A stretch of 64,000 nucleotides of DNA from Flavobacteriales bacterium (GCA_041391785.1 JAWKNI010000007.1:144556-208555), one strand, 5' to 3'. Numbered from the stretch's first letter, positions 30,740-49,569 are shown. Notes: a model not told the origin generated them from the sequence alone. A program made the numbers and translations.

Positions 30740-31642
30740 ATGAAGATCTTGATCACCGGTAGCAACGGTCTACTGGGCCAGAAACTCGTTGAAGCATTGC
30801 GCAAGGACCCGACCATCGAGTTGGTCGCCACATCCCGCGGGGGCGACCGTACCCCACGCCCCTTGGGTGATCGGTACAGGCCGATGGACATCACGCAGCA
30901 GGCGGCCGTCGAAGCGGTGTTCAGCGATGTACGCCCCGACGTGGTCATCCATACCGCCGCCATGACGAATGTGGATGCCTGTGAACTCGACCATGCCGCC
31001 TGTACGCTGCAGAACGTGGTGGCCACCGGCCATTTGATCAAGGCTGCTGAGCGATGCCAGAGCCACTTCATCTTTCTGAGCACGGACTTCATCTTCGATG
31101 GGCTGAACGGACCATATCGTGAGACCGACGTTCCCGCCCCGTTGAGCTACTATGGACAAAGCAAGTTGGACGGAGAGCGCATGCTTTCCGCCTCCAAGTT
31201 GGATCGCTGGGCGATCGCGCGGACCATCATCGTTTACGGGGTGGCGGAAGGCCTGAGCAGGAGCAACGTGGTGCTTTGGGCGAAAGCTGCCCTGGAAAAG
31301 GGTTCGCCGATCAATGTGGTGGATGACCAGTGGCGCATGCCCACGCTGGCCGAGGACCTCGCCGACGGTTGCATCAGGATCGCGAAGCAAGGGGCCACGG
31401 GGATCTATCACCTTTCGGGCCCGGATGGCATGTCCATCCTCGAATTGGTCCAGCGCGTTGCGCGATACTTCGGACTGGATGCATCCATCGCCACCCGTAT
31501 TTCATCCGATCGCCTCGGGCAGCCCGCCCAACGGCCCCCGCGCACCGGTTTCATCCTGGAAAAGGCACGGACCGAGCTCGGATATGCACCCCGCTCATTC
31601 GAGGAAGGGCTTGCCGTGCTGTCCACCCGGATGCGGTCCTGA
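30740..31642 (+). CDS. rfbD: dTDP-4-dehydrorhamnose reductase family SDR.
   Basis: MKILITGSNGLLGQKL... is a Rossmann motif. RmlD-like length and motifs (300 aa). Confidence 0.75.
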   Translation: MKILITGSNGLLGQKLVEALRKDPTIELVATSRGGDRTPRPLGDRYRPMDITQQAAVEAVFSDVRPDVVIHTAAMTNVDACELDHAACTLQNVVATGHLIKAAERCQSHFIFLSTDFIFDGLNGPYRETDVPAPLSYYGQSKLDGERMLSASKLDRWAIARTIIVYGVAEGLSRSNVVLWAKAALEKGSPINVVDDQWRMPTLAEDLADGCIRIAKQGATGIYHLSGPDGMSILELVQRVARYFGLDASIATRISSDRLGQPAQRPPRTGFILEKARTELGYAPRSFEEGLAVLSTRMRS

Positions 31643-31707
31643 AGAAGTGCGGCGTTGATCCCGGCGGCTATCTTCGGAGCGGACTCTCCCGTTCGATCAT
31701 CGATCCC

Positions 31708-32655
31708 ATGGGAGGAGGCTTCAAACCACGCAGTGAACACTTCAAGGACCTGCTTTCACTGCACACCGGTGAACGGCGCGGTTTTCTGGTGCTTTGTGCC
31801 ATATTGTTGCTCCTTTCCTGTATCGCCGCGTACCTGAAGTTCTGGTATCGCCCCCCACCAGCGGACCTTGCTTCCTTGCACGCGGAGATGGAAGCATGGG
31901 TCGCGATACGCAACTCACAAGCGATGGCGGATACTGTTCCGCAGGGGGAGCTCTTCCCCTTCGACCCCAACACCATCGAACGCGAAGCGTGGATGCGCCT
32001 GGGGCTGTCGTCCCGGCAGGTGGATGGCATCGATCGATACAAAGCGAAGGGAGGTCGCTTCCGTGTGAAGAAGGACCTCGGTCGCATGTACAGCATTCGA
32101 CCGGAGCAGTATGACCGCATGGCGCCATTCATCCTGCTGCCTGATAGCTTCCCAAGGCGTAGTCACCCGGCACGCGTGCCGAAGCAATGGGAGACCGATC
32201 GAACGCGGTCCAATGTTCCGGCGCCTGCCGGCCCCGCGATCGAGCCGAAGGCAAGGGTCGAGCTCAACTCCGCGGATACCACCGCCCTGATCGGTCTTCG
32301 CGGCATTGGCCCTGCATTCGCGCGTGGCATCGTCAAGTACAGAACGATGCTGGGCGGGTACACCTCCCTGGAGCAGCTTTCCGAAGTGTACATCCTAAGG
32401 GACAAGCCCGATGCGGTCGAACGCATCAAGGCGGTGATCGACCTGGACCCTTCCATGGTTGATCGCATTCCGATCAATACATGCACGGTGGAGGCATTGG
32501 CCGCCCATCCGTATGCGCGCTGGCACCTGGCCAAGCCATTGGTCGCCTACCGGCAACAACATGGCCCATTCAAGACCTTGGAAGAGATCAAAGGATGCCT
32601 GGTCATTACCGACAGCATCTACCTGCGACTGGTCCCATACCTCTCATTGGAATAA
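31708..32655 (+). CDS. ComEA-like helix-hairpin-helix DNA-binding membrane protein (315 aa).
   Basis: N-terminal TM (FLVLCAILLLLSCIAAYL). Two HhH motifs (LIGLRGIGPAFARGIV; AHPYARWHLAKPLVAYRQQHGPFKTLEEI). ATG at 31708. The 126-codon upstream extension in the track overlaps rfbD out of frame. Confidence 0.7.
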   Translation: MGGGFKPRSEHFKDLLSLHTGERRGFLVLCAILLLLSCIAAYLKFWYRPPPADLASLHAEMEAWVAIRNSQAMADTVPQGELFPFDPNTIEREAWMRLGLSSRQVDGIDRYKAKGGRFRVKKDLGRMYSIRPEQYDRMAPFILLPDSFPRRSHPARVPKQWETDRTRSNVPAPAGPAIEPKARVELNSADTTALIGLRGIGPAFARGIVKYRTMLGGYTSLEQLSEVYILRDKPDAVERIKAVIDLDPSMVDRIPINTCTVEALAAHPYARWHLAKPLVAYRQQHGPFKTLEEIKGCLVITDSIYLRLVPYLSLE

Positions 32656-32730
32656 GGCCGCGATATGATCGACCATGCACCGATCGCCTCGATCACGTAA
32701 ACTTGTGCGCTTCCGTTCTCCCCACGCCCC

Positions 32731-33267
32731 ATGTCACTGAAGAACCGATTGGAGGCCGCCATCCGGGCGGTCCCGGATTTCCCCAAACCGGGCATCCTGT
32801 TCCGTGACATCACGCCTGTGCTTGAAGATCCGAAGCTTTGTGAAGCCTGTGTGGAAGGCTTCATGGAATCCTTGGGGAATACACGTATCGATGCCATCGC
32901 CGGGATAGAGAGTCGTGGGTTCCTGTTCGGAATGCCGCTGGCGATCGCCATGGGAGTGCCGTTCATCACCGTGCGCAAGAAGGGCAAGCTGCCATGGCGT
33001 ACCGTGAGCTACAAGTATGACCTTGAGTACGGTAGCGCTGAGGTGGAGATGCATACCGGAACGGTGACACCTGGCATGCACGTCCTGGTGCATGACGATC
33101 TGTTGGCCACCGGGGGCACCGCAGTGGCCGCGGCCGAACTGGTCCGTATGCAAGGTGGAACCGTATCCGGATTCAGCTTTCTCATAGAATTGGCTTTCCT
33201 TGCAGGCAGGGAGAAATTGCGCGCCTATGATGCGGACATCGTCCGTTTGATCACCTATACGAACTGA
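32731..33267 (+). CDS. apt: Adenine phosphoribosyltransferase.
   Basis: ...VLVHDDLLATGGTAVAAAELV is a PRPP-binding motif. 178 aa. Confidence 0.9.
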   Translation: MSLKNRLEAAIRAVPDFPKPGILFRDITPVLEDPKLCEACVEGFMESLGNTRIDAIAGIESRGFLFGMPLAIAMGVPFITVRKKGKLPWRTVSYKYDLEYGSAEVEMHTGTVTPGMHVLVHDDLLATGGTAVAAAELVRMQGGTVSGFSFLIELAFLAGREKLRAYDADIVRLITYTN

Positions 33268-34412
33268 TGGAATTCACCACCCCCAGGGACCGGACCATGA
33301 TACTGCAGGCCGTGCGCGACCTGTGCGAACGCGAACTGCGCCCTCACGTCATGGATTGGGATGAACGGCAGCACATGCCGATCGAACTCTTCAAGGAGCA
33401 CTTCGGTCCAGCCGGGATGCTCGGTGTGCTGGTGCCGGAAGAGTACGGCGGAGCAGGGCTCGGGTATCAGGATTACATCGGAACGATCATCGAAGTGGCC
33501 AGGATCTGCGGTAGTGTTGGACTGAGCGTTGCCGCGCACAACAGCCTCTGTACAGGGCATATCCTGCAGTTCGGAAGCCATGAGCAGAGATCGAACTGGC
33601 TGCCCAGGCTGGCCTCCGGTGAATGGCTTGGTGCATGGGCGCTGACGGAGCCCAACACCGGCAGCGACGCCATGCGCATGAAGTGCACCGCACGGAAGGA
33701 GGGGAATGAATGGGTCTTGAACGGGACCAAATGTTGGATCACACACGGCAAGAGCAGCGATGTGGTCGTGGTGATCGCCCGCACCGGCGAACTGCTTGAT
33801 AGCAAAGGCATGACCACCTTCGTGGTGGAACGCGGAACCCCGGGAATGAAGGCCGGCAAGAAGGAGAACAAGCTGGGCATGCGCGCAAGCGAGACCGCCG
33901 AGGTGATCTTCGAAGAATGCCGTGTACCCGCCGCGAACATACTGGGCAAGGAAGGAGAAGGCTTCAAACAGGCCATGAAGGTGCTCGATGGCGGACGCAT
34001 CAGCATCGCGGCCTTGAGCCTGGGGATCGCGAAGGGCGCGTTCGAGGCAAGCGTGAAATATGCCAAGGAGCGTGAACAATTCGGCAAACCCATCGCCGAA
34101 TTCCAGGCCATCGCATTCAAGCTGGCCGATATGGCCACGCGCATCGAGGCCGCTGAGCTCTTGACCCAACTGGCCGGCGATCTGAAGGATCGGCACCAGC
34201 CCATGACCACCCAAGGGGCCATGGCGAAGTACTATGCCAGTGAGGTGGCCACCTGGGCCAGCAACGAGGCCGTTCAGATCTTTGGAGGATACGGTTACAC
34301 GAAGGATTTTCCCGTCGAGAAGTTCTACCGCGACAGCAAGCTCTGCACCATCGGAGAAGGGACCAGTGAGATCCAGAAGGTGGTGATCAGCAGGAATGTG
34401 CTGCGCGAGTGA
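33267..34412 (+). CDS. Acyl-CoA dehydrogenase family protein.
   Basis: ACAD N-, middle and C-domains (GAWALTEPNTGSDA...; QIFGGYGYTKDFPVEKFYRDSKLCTIGEGTSEIQ). 1-nt overlap with the apt stop. Confidence 0.85.
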   Translation: MEFTTPRDRTMILQAVRDLCERELRPHVMDWDERQHMPIELFKEHFGPAGMLGVLVPEEYGGAGLGYQDYIGTIIEVARICGSVGLSVAAHNSLCTGHILQFGSHEQRSNWLPRLASGEWLGAWALTEPNTGSDAMRMKCTARKEGNEWVLNGTKCWITHGKSSDVVVVIARTGELLDSKGMTTFVVERGTPGMKAGKKENKLGMRASETAEVIFEECRVPAANILGKEGEGFKQAMKVLDGGRISIAALSLGIAKGAFEASVKYAKEREQFGKPIAEFQAIAFKLADMATRIEAAELLTQLAGDLKDRHQPMTTQGAMAKYYASEVATWASNEAVQIFGGYGYTKDFPVEKFYRDSKLCTIGEGTSEIQKVVISRNVLRE

Positions 34413-34500
34413 GCGTGAGATTTCGGTTCGTTCCTCGCTGTTTGCAACTTCCAACTCCCTCCTTATATTTGCGCCCCCTAAGCGAAAAGGAAACACGATC

Positions 34501-34692
34501 ATGCTGATCATCCCGGTCAAAGAAGGCGAGAGCATCGACAAGGCGCTCAAGAAGTTCAAGAAGAAGTTCGAGCGCACCCAGACGATGCGTCAACTACGTA
34601 AGCGCCAGAGCTTTACGAAGCCATCGGTGAGCCGCCGCAAGGAGTTGATCCGTGCAGCTTACAAGCTGACGCTGCAGACCGAGCAAGACTAG
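34501..34692 (+). CDS. rpsU: 30S ribosomal protein S21.
   Basis: MLIIPVKEGESIDKALKKFKKKFERTQTMRQLRKRQSFTKPSVSRRKE. ATG at 34501. Confidence 0.9.
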   Translation: MLIIPVKEGESIDKALKKFKKKFERTQTMRQLRKRQSFTKPSVSRRKELIRAAYKLTLQTEQD

Positions 34693-34755
34693 GTCCCTGA
34701 TCACTGCGTTCGAAGGCGAAAGGTCCATCAAGGACTTTTCGCCTTCTTTGTTAAG

Positions 34756-35646
34756 ATGCTGCGCGATCGGTTCCTGGACCACCTGACCTTCGAGAAACGC
34801 TACAGCCCGAATACCGTGGCCGCTTATGCCAGGGACATCGGTCAATTCGAGCGGTTCATCGCTGAGTTCGGGCTCAGTGCACCGGAGCAGGCGACCGACC
34901 GCACCGTTCGGGCATGGATGATGCGCCAGATGGAGGCCGGGGTAGGCCCGCGCAGTGTCAATCGAAAACTCAGTGCCTTGCGCTCCTTCTTCGCGTTCGC
35001 CCGCGTGGTGGGTGCGGTCACCACGGACCCCACTGCATCGGTCGACCCGCCCAGGACCCCCAAGCGGTTGCCCGAGTTCATTGAAGAGGAGCGTTTGCAG
35101 CGCATGTTCGATCATCTGGAGTGGCCAACAGGGTTCAAAGGCCGGACCCATCGCCTCATCCTGGAGCTGTTCTACGGAACCGGTATGCGCCTCGCGGAAC
35201 TGGTCGGGCTGCGCCATGGGGATGTCGACCTGGAGGCACGGACGATCAAGGTGCTGGGCAAACGGAACAAGGAGCGTATCCTTCCGATCGGCGATGCGCT
35301 GGCCGATGTCCTGCGCACGTACGGCGTGGAACGCACCGGCCTATTCGGCCCACCGGCGCCCACGGATCCCTTGGTCGTGGCCACGGATGGAACCCCGATG
35401 GCCCGCCGCACGATACAACGGTCGGTGAGGCACTATCTTAGTGGGGTGACCTCGCAACAGAAAAGAAGCCCGCACGTGTTGAGACACACCTTCGCGACCC
35501 ATATGCTGGAACATGGCGCGGACCTCAATGCCGTGAAGGAGATCCTGGGGCATGCCAACCTGGCCGCCACACAGGTCTATACCCACAATACCGTCGAGAA
35601 ACTCAGGAAAGTACATGCCCAGGCACATCCACGCGGTGGGGCCTAG
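34756..35646 (+). CDS. xerC: Tyrosine recombinase XerC/XerD family (chromosome dimer resolution).
   Basis: Catalytic motifs (HVLRHTFATHML; LGHANLAATQVYTH). Sits in the conserved Bacteroidota rpsU-xerC-hpf context. Confidence 0.85.
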   Translation: MLRDRFLDHLTFEKRYSPNTVAAYARDIGQFERFIAEFGLSAPEQATDRTVRAWMMRQMEAGVGPRSVNRKLSALRSFFAFARVVGAVTTDPTASVDPPRTPKRLPEFIEEERLQRMFDHLEWPTGFKGRTHRLILELFYGTGMRLAELVGLRHGDVDLEARTIKVLGKRNKERILPIGDALADVLRTYGVERTGLFGPPAPTDPLVVATDGTPMARRTIQRSVRHYLSGVTSQQKRSPHVLRHTFATHMLEHGADLNAVKEILGHANLAATQVYTHNTVEKLRKVHAQAHPRGGA

Positions 35647-35679
35647 GGTCGTTATCAACGCAAAACGAACGCAGCAACC

Positions 35680-35979
35680 ATGAACGTGAACGTGCATTCC
35701 ATCCACTTCGATGCCGATGTGAAACTGGTCGATTTCATCAAGGAGAAGATCGCCAAGCTTACCCAGTTCCATGATGGGATCCTATCGGGAGAGGTCTTCC
35801 TTCGCCTGGAACATGATGGCGAGAACAGGGAGAACAAGGTGGTGGAGATCAAGCTCGCGATCCCGGGCAATGACCTTTTCGCCAAGCGTCAAGGCAAGAC
35901 CTTCGAGGAAGCCACGGTGAGCACGGTCGAGGCCCTGCGCAACCAAGTGGAGCGGACCAAGGAGCGGGTGCGCAGCTGA
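35680..35979 (+). CDS. hpf: Ribosome hibernation promoting factor (HPF/RaiA).
   Basis: MNVNVHSIHFDADVKLVDFIKEKIAKL... 99 aa. Confidence 0.85.
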   Translation: MNVNVHSIHFDADVKLVDFIKEKIAKLTQFHDGILSGEVFLRLEHDGENRENKVVEIKLAIPGNDLFAKRQGKTFEEATVSTVEALRNQVERTKERVRS

Positions 35980-36011
35980 GCCGACCGGACCAAGGGACCA
36001 TCCCTGGAGGG

Positions 36012-36050
36012 AACGATGAGGCCACGGTGAATATCGTGGCCTCATCGTTT
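36012..36050 (+). terminator. Intrinsic terminator after hpf.
   Basis: Perfect 15-bp stem aacgatgaggccacg/cgtggcctcatcgtt with an 8-nt loop. Confidence 0.55.
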
Positions 36051-36146
36051 GGTGGGAATGGGAAACTTACTACATTTGCAGGCCCAATTCCGACCCTTCA
36101 GGGTGTCGGAGGAGGGTCGAAGTGTGTTCTTTTCCTTGTTGTACAG

Positions 36147-36219
36147 GCCAATGTAGCTCAGCTGGTAGAGCAGCTGATTTGTAATCAGCCGGTCGGGGGT
36201 TCGAGTCCCTTCATTGGCT
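36147..36219 (+). tRNA. tRNA-Thr (anticodon TGT).
   Basis: Cloverleaf folded by hand. Acceptor gccaatg/cattggc. Anticodon loop tttgtaa. Confidence 0.85.
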
Positions 36220-36234
36220 CCGTGAACTGGTCTA

Positions 36235-36320
36235 GGGGAGATACCCAAGCGGCCAACGGGGGCAGACTGTAAATCTGCTGGCTTACGCCTTCGTAGGTTC
36301 GAATCCTGCTCTCCCCACCA
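36235..36320 (+). tRNA. tRNA-Tyr (anticodon GTA), long variable arm, CCA encoded.
   Basis: Acceptor ggggaga/tctcccc. Anticodon loop ctgtaaa. Ends ...accaCCA. Confidence 0.85.
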
Positions 36321-36449
36321 TCCACGGAGCCTAGATGTCGCTTCCAGGCATCGAAAGATCGAAGAGAATCAGGACCATGACCGGTCCAGGGAGGTGAACG
36401 ACCCGGTGACCCGGTGAGGGACCTCCTCCCAGGTGTATCGGTTCAACAT

Positions 36450-36522
36450 GCGGGAGTAGCTCAGTTGGTAGAGCATCAGCCTTCCAAGCTGAACGTCGCG
36501 GGTTCGAGTCTCGTCTCCCGCT
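36450..36522 (+). tRNA. tRNA-Gly (anticodon TCC).
   Basis: Acceptor gcgggag/ctcccgc. Anticodon loop cttccaa. T-arm has G-U pairs. Confidence 0.85.
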
Positions 36523-36572
36523 CTACAGGTATCGGATCGAACGGTACCGGAATCAGGACAATTGGATCACCG

Positions 36573-36644
<72 letters not shown>

Positions 36645-36741
36645 CAACAGCGATACATGGCACTGGCTTACCGATGGTTTCGGAACGCCTTGTACAACGA
36701 AGTAACAGGACCAACAGAACAGGAACAACAACCGAAAGACA

Positions 36742-37929
36742 ATGGCAAAGGAGACATTCAAAAGGGACAAGCCCCACGTCAACATCGGCACCATTGGTCA
36801 CGTTGACCATGGCAAGACCACGTTGACCGCGGCCATTACCAAGGTTCTTGCTGACGCAGGACTTTCCGAAGCGCGCAGCTTCGATTCCATTGACAATGCG
36901 CCCGAGGAAAAGGAGCGTGGTATCACCATCAACACGGCGCACGTGGAGTACCAGACGGCCAACCGGCACTATGCCCACGTTGACTGCCCCGGCCACGCTG
37001 ACTATGTGAAGAACATGGTGACGGGTGCCGCCCAGATGGACGGCGCGATCCTCGTTGTGGCCTCCACCGATGGTCCCATGCCGCAGACGCGCGAGCACAT
37101 CCTGCTCGGTCGCCAGGTGGGCGTTCCCAAGCTGGTGGTGTTCATGAACAAAGTGGACATGGTGGATGACGCCGAACTCCTCGACCTCGTCGAAATGGAG
37201 ATCCGCGAACTCCTTTCCTTCTACGATTATGATGGTGACAACACCCCTGTGATCCGTGGCAGCGCCCTGGGCGGCCTGAACGGCGAAGCGCAATGGGTGG
37301 ATTCCATCATGAAGCTGATGGAAGCCGTTGACACCTGGATCCCCGTGCCTCCCCGCGAAGTGGAGAAGCCGTTCCTGATGAGCGTGGAGGACGTGTTCTC
37401 CATCACCGGTCGCGGTACCGTGGCCACCGGCCGTATCGAAACGGGCGTGGTGAAGACCGGCGATAACGTGGAGATCATCGGTATGCAGGAGGAGAAGATG
37501 ACCAGCACCTGCACCGGTGTGGAGATGTTCCGGAAGCTGCTGGATCGTGGCGAGGCCGGTGACAACGTGGGTCTTCTGCTCCGCGGCATCGAAAAGGACC
37601 AGATCCGCCGCGGCATGGTGATCGCTGCTCCGGGTAGCATCACCCCGCACACCGAATTCAAGGCTGAGATCTACGTGTTGAAGAAGGAAGAAGGTGGTCG
37701 TCACACCCCATTCCACAACAAGTACCGCCCCCAGTTCTACTTCCGCACAACGGATGTGACGGGCGAGATCACGATGGAAGCAGGACGTGAGATGATCATG
37801 CCTGGTGACAACGTGACCATCAGCGTGAAATTGATCGTTCCGATCGCCATGGACAAGGGCCTGCGTTTCGCCATCCGCGAGGGTGGACGTACCGTGGGTG
37901 CCGGCCAGGTGACCGAGATCATCAAGTAA
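36742..37929 (+). CDS. tuf: Elongation factor Tu.
   Basis: [33 protein letters not shown]... 395 aa. Confidence 0.95.
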   Translation: MAKETFKRDKPHVNIGTIGHVDHGKTTLTAAITKVLADAGLSEARSFDSIDNAPEEKERGITINTAHVEYQTANRHYAHVDCPGHADYVKNMVTGAAQMDGAILVVASTDGPMPQTREHILLGRQVGVPKLVVFMNKVDMVDDAELLDLVEMEIRELLSFYDYDGDNTPVIRGSALGGLNGEAQWVDSIMKLMEAVDTWIPVPPREVEKPFLMSVEDVFSITGRGTVATGRIETGVVKTGDNVEIIGMQEEKMTSTCTGVEMFRKLLDRGEAGDNVGLLLRGIEKDQIRRGMVIAAPGSITPHTEFKAEIYVLKKEEGGRHTPFHNKYRPQFYFRTTDVTGEITMEAGREMIMPGDNVTISVKLIVPIAMDKGLRFAIREGGRTVGAGQVTEIIK

Positions 37930-37951
37930 GGACCATTCCCCGAGGAGGCAG

Positions 37952-37980
37952 GGCCGTCCCGCGCGAGCGGGACGGCCTTC
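37952..37980 (+). terminator. Terminator hairpin after tuf.
   Basis: Perfect 11-bp stem ggccgtcccgc/gcgggacggcc with loop gcga. No strong T-run. Confidence 0.45.
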
Positions 37981-38012
37981 GCCGCCAAAGGAGCAACGAT
38001 CACGAAAGACCT

Positions 38013-38088
38013 ACGGGTGTAGCTCAATTGGTAGAGCGAAGGTCTCCAAAACCTTAGGCTGCGGGTTCGATTCCTGCCACCCGTGCCA
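38013..38088 (+). tRNA. tRNA-Trp (anticodon CCA), CCA encoded.
   Basis: Acceptor acgggtg/cacccgt. Anticodon loop ctccaaa. Confidence 0.85.
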
Positions 38089-38103
38089 GCAAACAACCGA
38101 CCA

Positions 38104-38337
38104 GTGGCAAGCTTCAAGACATACATAAGCGAGAGCTACAACGAGCTCGTGCACAAGGTGAGTTGGCCCACTTGGAAGGACCTCCAGGCGAGCGCGATCG
38201 TGGTGCTGATCTCCGCGCTGATCATCTCCCTGATCATTTTCCTCATGGATTACATCTTCGGGGTGCAGAACATGGGGCAGGGGGATACGAACCCCTGGAA
38301 GGGCATGCTCGGTTTCATCTATAAACTGCTCCAGTAA
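38104..38337 (+). CDS. secE: Preprotein translocase subunit SecE (probable GTG start).
   Basis: FKTYISESYNELVHKVSWPTWKDLQASAIVVLISALIISLIIFLMDYIF. The track ORF start at 38083 overlaps tRNA-Trp. GTG at 38104 is the first start beyond the tRNA. Confidence 0.7.
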   Translation: MASFKTYISESYNELVHKVSWPTWKDLQASAIVVLISALIISLIIFLMDYIFGVQNMGQGDTNPWKGMLGFIYKLLQ

Positions 38338-38339
38338 CG

Positions 38340-38891
38340 ATGGCCGGGTCGACGAAGAAGTGGTATGTGGTCCGTGCGATCAGCGGCAAGGAGAAGAAGG
38401 TGAAAGAGCTGATCGATACGGAGATCCGCCGTTCGAACATGGGGACCTACGTTTCCCAGGTGCTCATCCCCATGGAGAAGTTCTTTCAGATCAGGGATGG
38501 CAAGAAGGTGAGCAAGGAGCGCAACTTCTTCCCCGGATATGTGCTGATGGAGGCGGACCTCACGGGAGAGATCGCGCACAGCATCAAGAACATGCCCAAT
38601 GTGATCGGCTTCCTTGGTGCGGAGAAGGGCGGTGAGCCTGTGCCACTGCGCCAGACGGAGGTGAATCGCATCCTGGGCACCGTGGATGAACTCGCTGATG
38701 CGGAGGAATCGAATCACAATCCCTACCACATGGGAGAGGGTGTGAAGGTGATCGATGGTCCCTTCAACGGCTTCAACGGTGTGATAGAAGAGATCAATGA
38801 GGAGAAGAAGAAGCTGAAGGTGATGGTGAAGATCTTCGGAAGGAAGACCCCGCTGGAACTGAGCTTCATGCAAGTCGAGAAAGAAGTGTAA
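38340..38891 (+). CDS. nusG: Transcription termination/antitermination factor NusG.
   Basis: NGN and KOW domains (KKWYVVRAISGKEKKV...; GEGVKVIDGPFNGFNGVIEEIN). Confidence 0.9.
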   Translation: MAGSTKKWYVVRAISGKEKKVKELIDTEIRRSNMGTYVSQVLIPMEKFFQIRDGKKVSKERNFFPGYVLMEADLTGEIAHSIKNMPNVIGFLGAEKGGEPVPLRQTEVNRILGTVDELADAEESNHNPYHMGEGVKVIDGPFNGFNGVIEEINEEKKKLKVMVKIFGRKTPLELSFMQVEKEV

Positions 38892-38978
38892 GGGCGGATC
38901 ACGATCCGCTCCAACGAAGAGCAAACCAGTCCGAGCCGACCGCGAGGAAAGCGTTAACAAGGACACAAATCAGGAACG

Positions 38979-39416
38979 ATGGCAAAGGAGATAGCAGCGC
39001 TCATCAAGCTGCAGATCAAGGGCGGAGCGGCCAACCCGTCGCCCCCCGTGGGCCCCGCACTCGGTGCGAAGGGCGTCAACATCATGGAGTTCTGCAAGCA
39101 GTTCAATGCGCGCACGCAGGACAAGGCCGGCAAGGTGCTTCCCGTGGTGATCAATGTCTACGCTGACAAGTCCTTCGACTTCGTCATCAAGACCCCACCT
39201 GCGGCCGTACAGATCATCGATGCGGCCAAGATCAAGGGCGGTAGCGGCGTGCCGCACAGCCAGAAGGTGGGTAGTGTGTCCTGGGACCAGATCAAGGCGA
39301 TCGCCGAGGACAAGATGCCCGACCTGAACTGCTTCACGATCGAAAGCGCCATGAGCATGGTGGCCGGTACGGCAAGGAGCATGGGTGTTACGGTGACCGG
39401 TGATAAACCATTCTGA
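38979..39416 (+). CDS. rplK: 50S ribosomal protein L11.
   Basis: [29 protein letters not shown]... Confidence 0.95.
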   Translation: MAKEIAALIKLQIKGGAANPSPPVGPALGAKGVNIMEFCKQFNARTQDKAGKVLPVVINVYADKSFDFVIKTPPAAVQIIDAAKIKGGSGVPHSQKVGSVSWDQIKAIAEDKMPDLNCFTIESAMSMVAGTARSMGVTVTGDKPF

Positions 39417-39426
39417 TCGAACTGTC

Positions 39427-40122
39427 ATGGCAACCCTTACGAAAAAGCGCAAAGCGGCCCTGGCCAAGTTCGACGCAGCCAAGGTCTACAGCCTCCCGGA
39501 GGCCACCGAGATCGTGAAACAAGTGAGCACCACCAAGTTCGACGCCACCGTTGACATCGCGGTGCGGCTGGGTGTGGATCCCAAGAAAAGCACCGAGATG
39601 GTGCGCGGTACGGTCAGCCTGCCGCACGGTACCGGTCGTGATGTGAAAGTGCTGGTGCTTGCGGACCCCGCCAAATGCGAGGAGGCCACTGCTGCCGGTG
39701 CCGACATGGCCGGCCTCGACGAATACGTGGAGAAGATCAAGAACGGCTGGACGGACGTGGATGTGATCATCTGCACCCCAGCCGTGATGGCGAAGGTCGG
39801 TGCGCTGGGCCGTGTGCTCGGACCACGTGGCCTGATGCCGAACCCGAAGACCGGCACCGTGACCATGGACGTTGCGAAAGCCGTGAAAGAGGTGAAGGCC
39901 GGTAAGATCGACTTCAAAGTGGACAAGGCAGGCGTGATCCATGCGGTGATCGGCAAGGCCTCCTTCGATGCGGCGAAACTCAGCGAGAACGCCCATGAGA
40001 TCCTGCAGACCCTGGTGAAGCTGAAACCCAGCACGGCCAAGGGTGCCTACATCAAGAGCATCAGCATCAGCAGTACAATGAGCCCGGGCGTACAGGTGGA
40101 TACCCGTACGGTAACGGTCTGA
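39427..40122 (+). CDS. rplA: 50S ribosomal protein L1.
   Basis: [16 protein letters not shown]... Confidence 0.9.
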   Translation: MATLTKKRKAALAKFDAAKVYSLPEATEIVKQVSTTKFDATVDIAVRLGVDPKKSTEMVRGTVSLPHGTGRDVKVLVLADPAKCEEATAAGADMAGLDEYVEKIKNGWTDVDVIICTPAVMAKVGALGRVLGPRGLMPNPKTGTVTMDVAKAVKEVKAGKIDFKVDKAGVIHAVIGKASFDAAKLSENAHEILQTLVKLKPSTAKGAYIKSISISSTMSPGVQVDTRTVTV

Positions 40123-40137
40123 TAACAGCACAGAACA

Positions 40138-40671
40138 ATGGCAACCCGTATCGAAAAGGACCAGGCGATCGACGTGCTGGTCGAAGAGATCAAGTCCACC
40201 AACGTGCTCTATCTGGCCGATACCTCGTCCATGGACGCGGAGGCGACGAGCAACCTGCGCAGGGCCTGCAACAAGGCGGGCATCCGCATGAAGGTGGTGA
40301 AGAACACCTTGCTGCAAAAGGCGATGGAACGCGTGGAAGGGAAGGATTACAGCGAGCTGATCCCGACCCTCGTGGGCCAGACCTCCGTGATGTTCGCGGA
40401 CAAGGGCAATGCACCGGCCAAGCTGATCAAGAGCCTGCGCACCAAGGAAAAGACGAAACCGGCCCTGAAGAGCGCCTGGATCGATGAGGCGGTCTTCATC
40501 GGGGACGATCAACTGGTGATGTTGACCGACCTGAAGGGCAAGGAAGAACTCATCGGCGAGATCATCGGCCTGCTCCAGAGCCCGATCAAGAACGTCATCA
40601 GCGGCCTGCAAGGCAGCGGTGGCCAGAAGATCGCCGGCCTGCTCAAGACCCTCGAAGAACGAGCCGCATAG
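40138..40671 (+). CDS. rplJ: 50S ribosomal protein L10.
   Basis: L10 family, 177 aa. Confidence 0.9.
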   Translation: MATRIEKDQAIDVLVEEIKSTNVLYLADTSSMDAEATSNLRRACNKAGIRMKVVKNTLLQKAMERVEGKDYSELIPTLVGQTSVMFADKGNAPAKLIKSLRTKEKTKPALKSAWIDEAVFIGDDQLVMLTDLKGKEELIGEIIGLLQSPIKNVISGLQGSGGQKIAGLLKTLEERAA

Positions 40672-40764
40672 TACCCCAAGGGCGTGAGAGTTCGTGCCCC
40701 GATAATAAGACCAAACGCGTTACGCACAGTCCGCTTCCCCGAACACAAGTAACAAACCCGAACA

Positions 40765-41142
40765 ATGGCAGACATCAAATCCCTAGGCGATCAGCTGGTG
40801 GGCCTCACCGTGAAAGAGGTCAACGAGCTCGCCACCTACCTCAAGGACGAATACAAGATCGAACCGGCAGCCGCTGCCGTGGCAATGGCCGCTGGCCCTG
40901 CTGCAGGTGGTGGTGAAGCCGCAGAAGCCAAGACCAGCTTCGACGTGATCCTGAAGTCCGGCGGCGCCAACAAACTGGCCGTCGTGAAACTGGTGAAGGA
41001 ACTCACCGGTCTGGGACTGAAGGAGGCGAAGGACCTCGTTGACGGCGCTCCCAAGCCGCTGAAGGAAGGCGTGTCCAAGGAGGACGCAGAGAGCCTGAAG
41101 CAGCAACTGACGGAAGCCGGCGCGGAAGTTGAGGTCAAGTAA
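40765..41142 (+). CDS. rplL: 50S ribosomal protein L7/L12.
   Basis: ...[67 protein letters not shown]. Confidence 0.95.
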   Translation: MADIKSLGDQLVGLTVKEVNELATYLKDEYKIEPAAAAVAMAAGPAAGGGEAAEAKTSFDVILKSGGANKLAVVKLVKELTGLGLKEAKDLVDGAPKPLKEGVSKEDAESLKQQLTEAGAEVEVK

Positions 41143-41162
41143 GACCCCGATCGCGCTAGCGT

Positions 41163-41212
41163 CACAGCAGCACGGAGAGGCCCCAAGGCGGGCCTTTCCG
41201 GCTGTGCTGTGA
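41163..41212 (+). terminator. rplL-rpoB intergenic attenuator-type stem-loop.
   Basis: Nested inverted repeats cacagcagcac...gtgctgtg around ggccc-caaggc-gggcc. Same position as the known partial terminator in other bacteria. Confidence 0.4.
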
Positions 41213-41318
41213 TCACCACTTCGGTGGTGCACGGCTCCCGCCTCTCGTCCTGATCTCGGCGAGAACGGCGGATGAAGAAGTAGAGGTCCTTCGGTCGCAC
41301 TTCCCTACAATCGCACCC

Positions 41319-45140
<3,822 letters not shown>

Positions 45141-45159
45141 GCCACGGGTGAGCAACTGA

Positions 45160-49485
<4,326 letters not shown>

Positions 49486-49569
49486 CGCGATCCGGTAGCA
49501 TCGGGCGGCAAGTGGACCATCTGGACCGCTTGCCGCTCTTGGCTGACGCCCACCCCAAGAACACAGCAC

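Noticed and set aside
31330-31707. 126-codon N-terminal extension of the ComEA-like ORF overlapping rfbD
   Set aside because: It is out of frame with rfbD and has junk composition. The real start is the ATG at 31708, just before the TM helix.
34756-35646. XerC-like tyrosine recombinase as a marker of an integrated mobile element
   Set aside because: It sits in the conserved Bacteroidota rpsU-xerC-hpf housekeeping context, followed by the tRNA-tuf cluster. No att-like repeats, phage genes or transposon genes are nearby.
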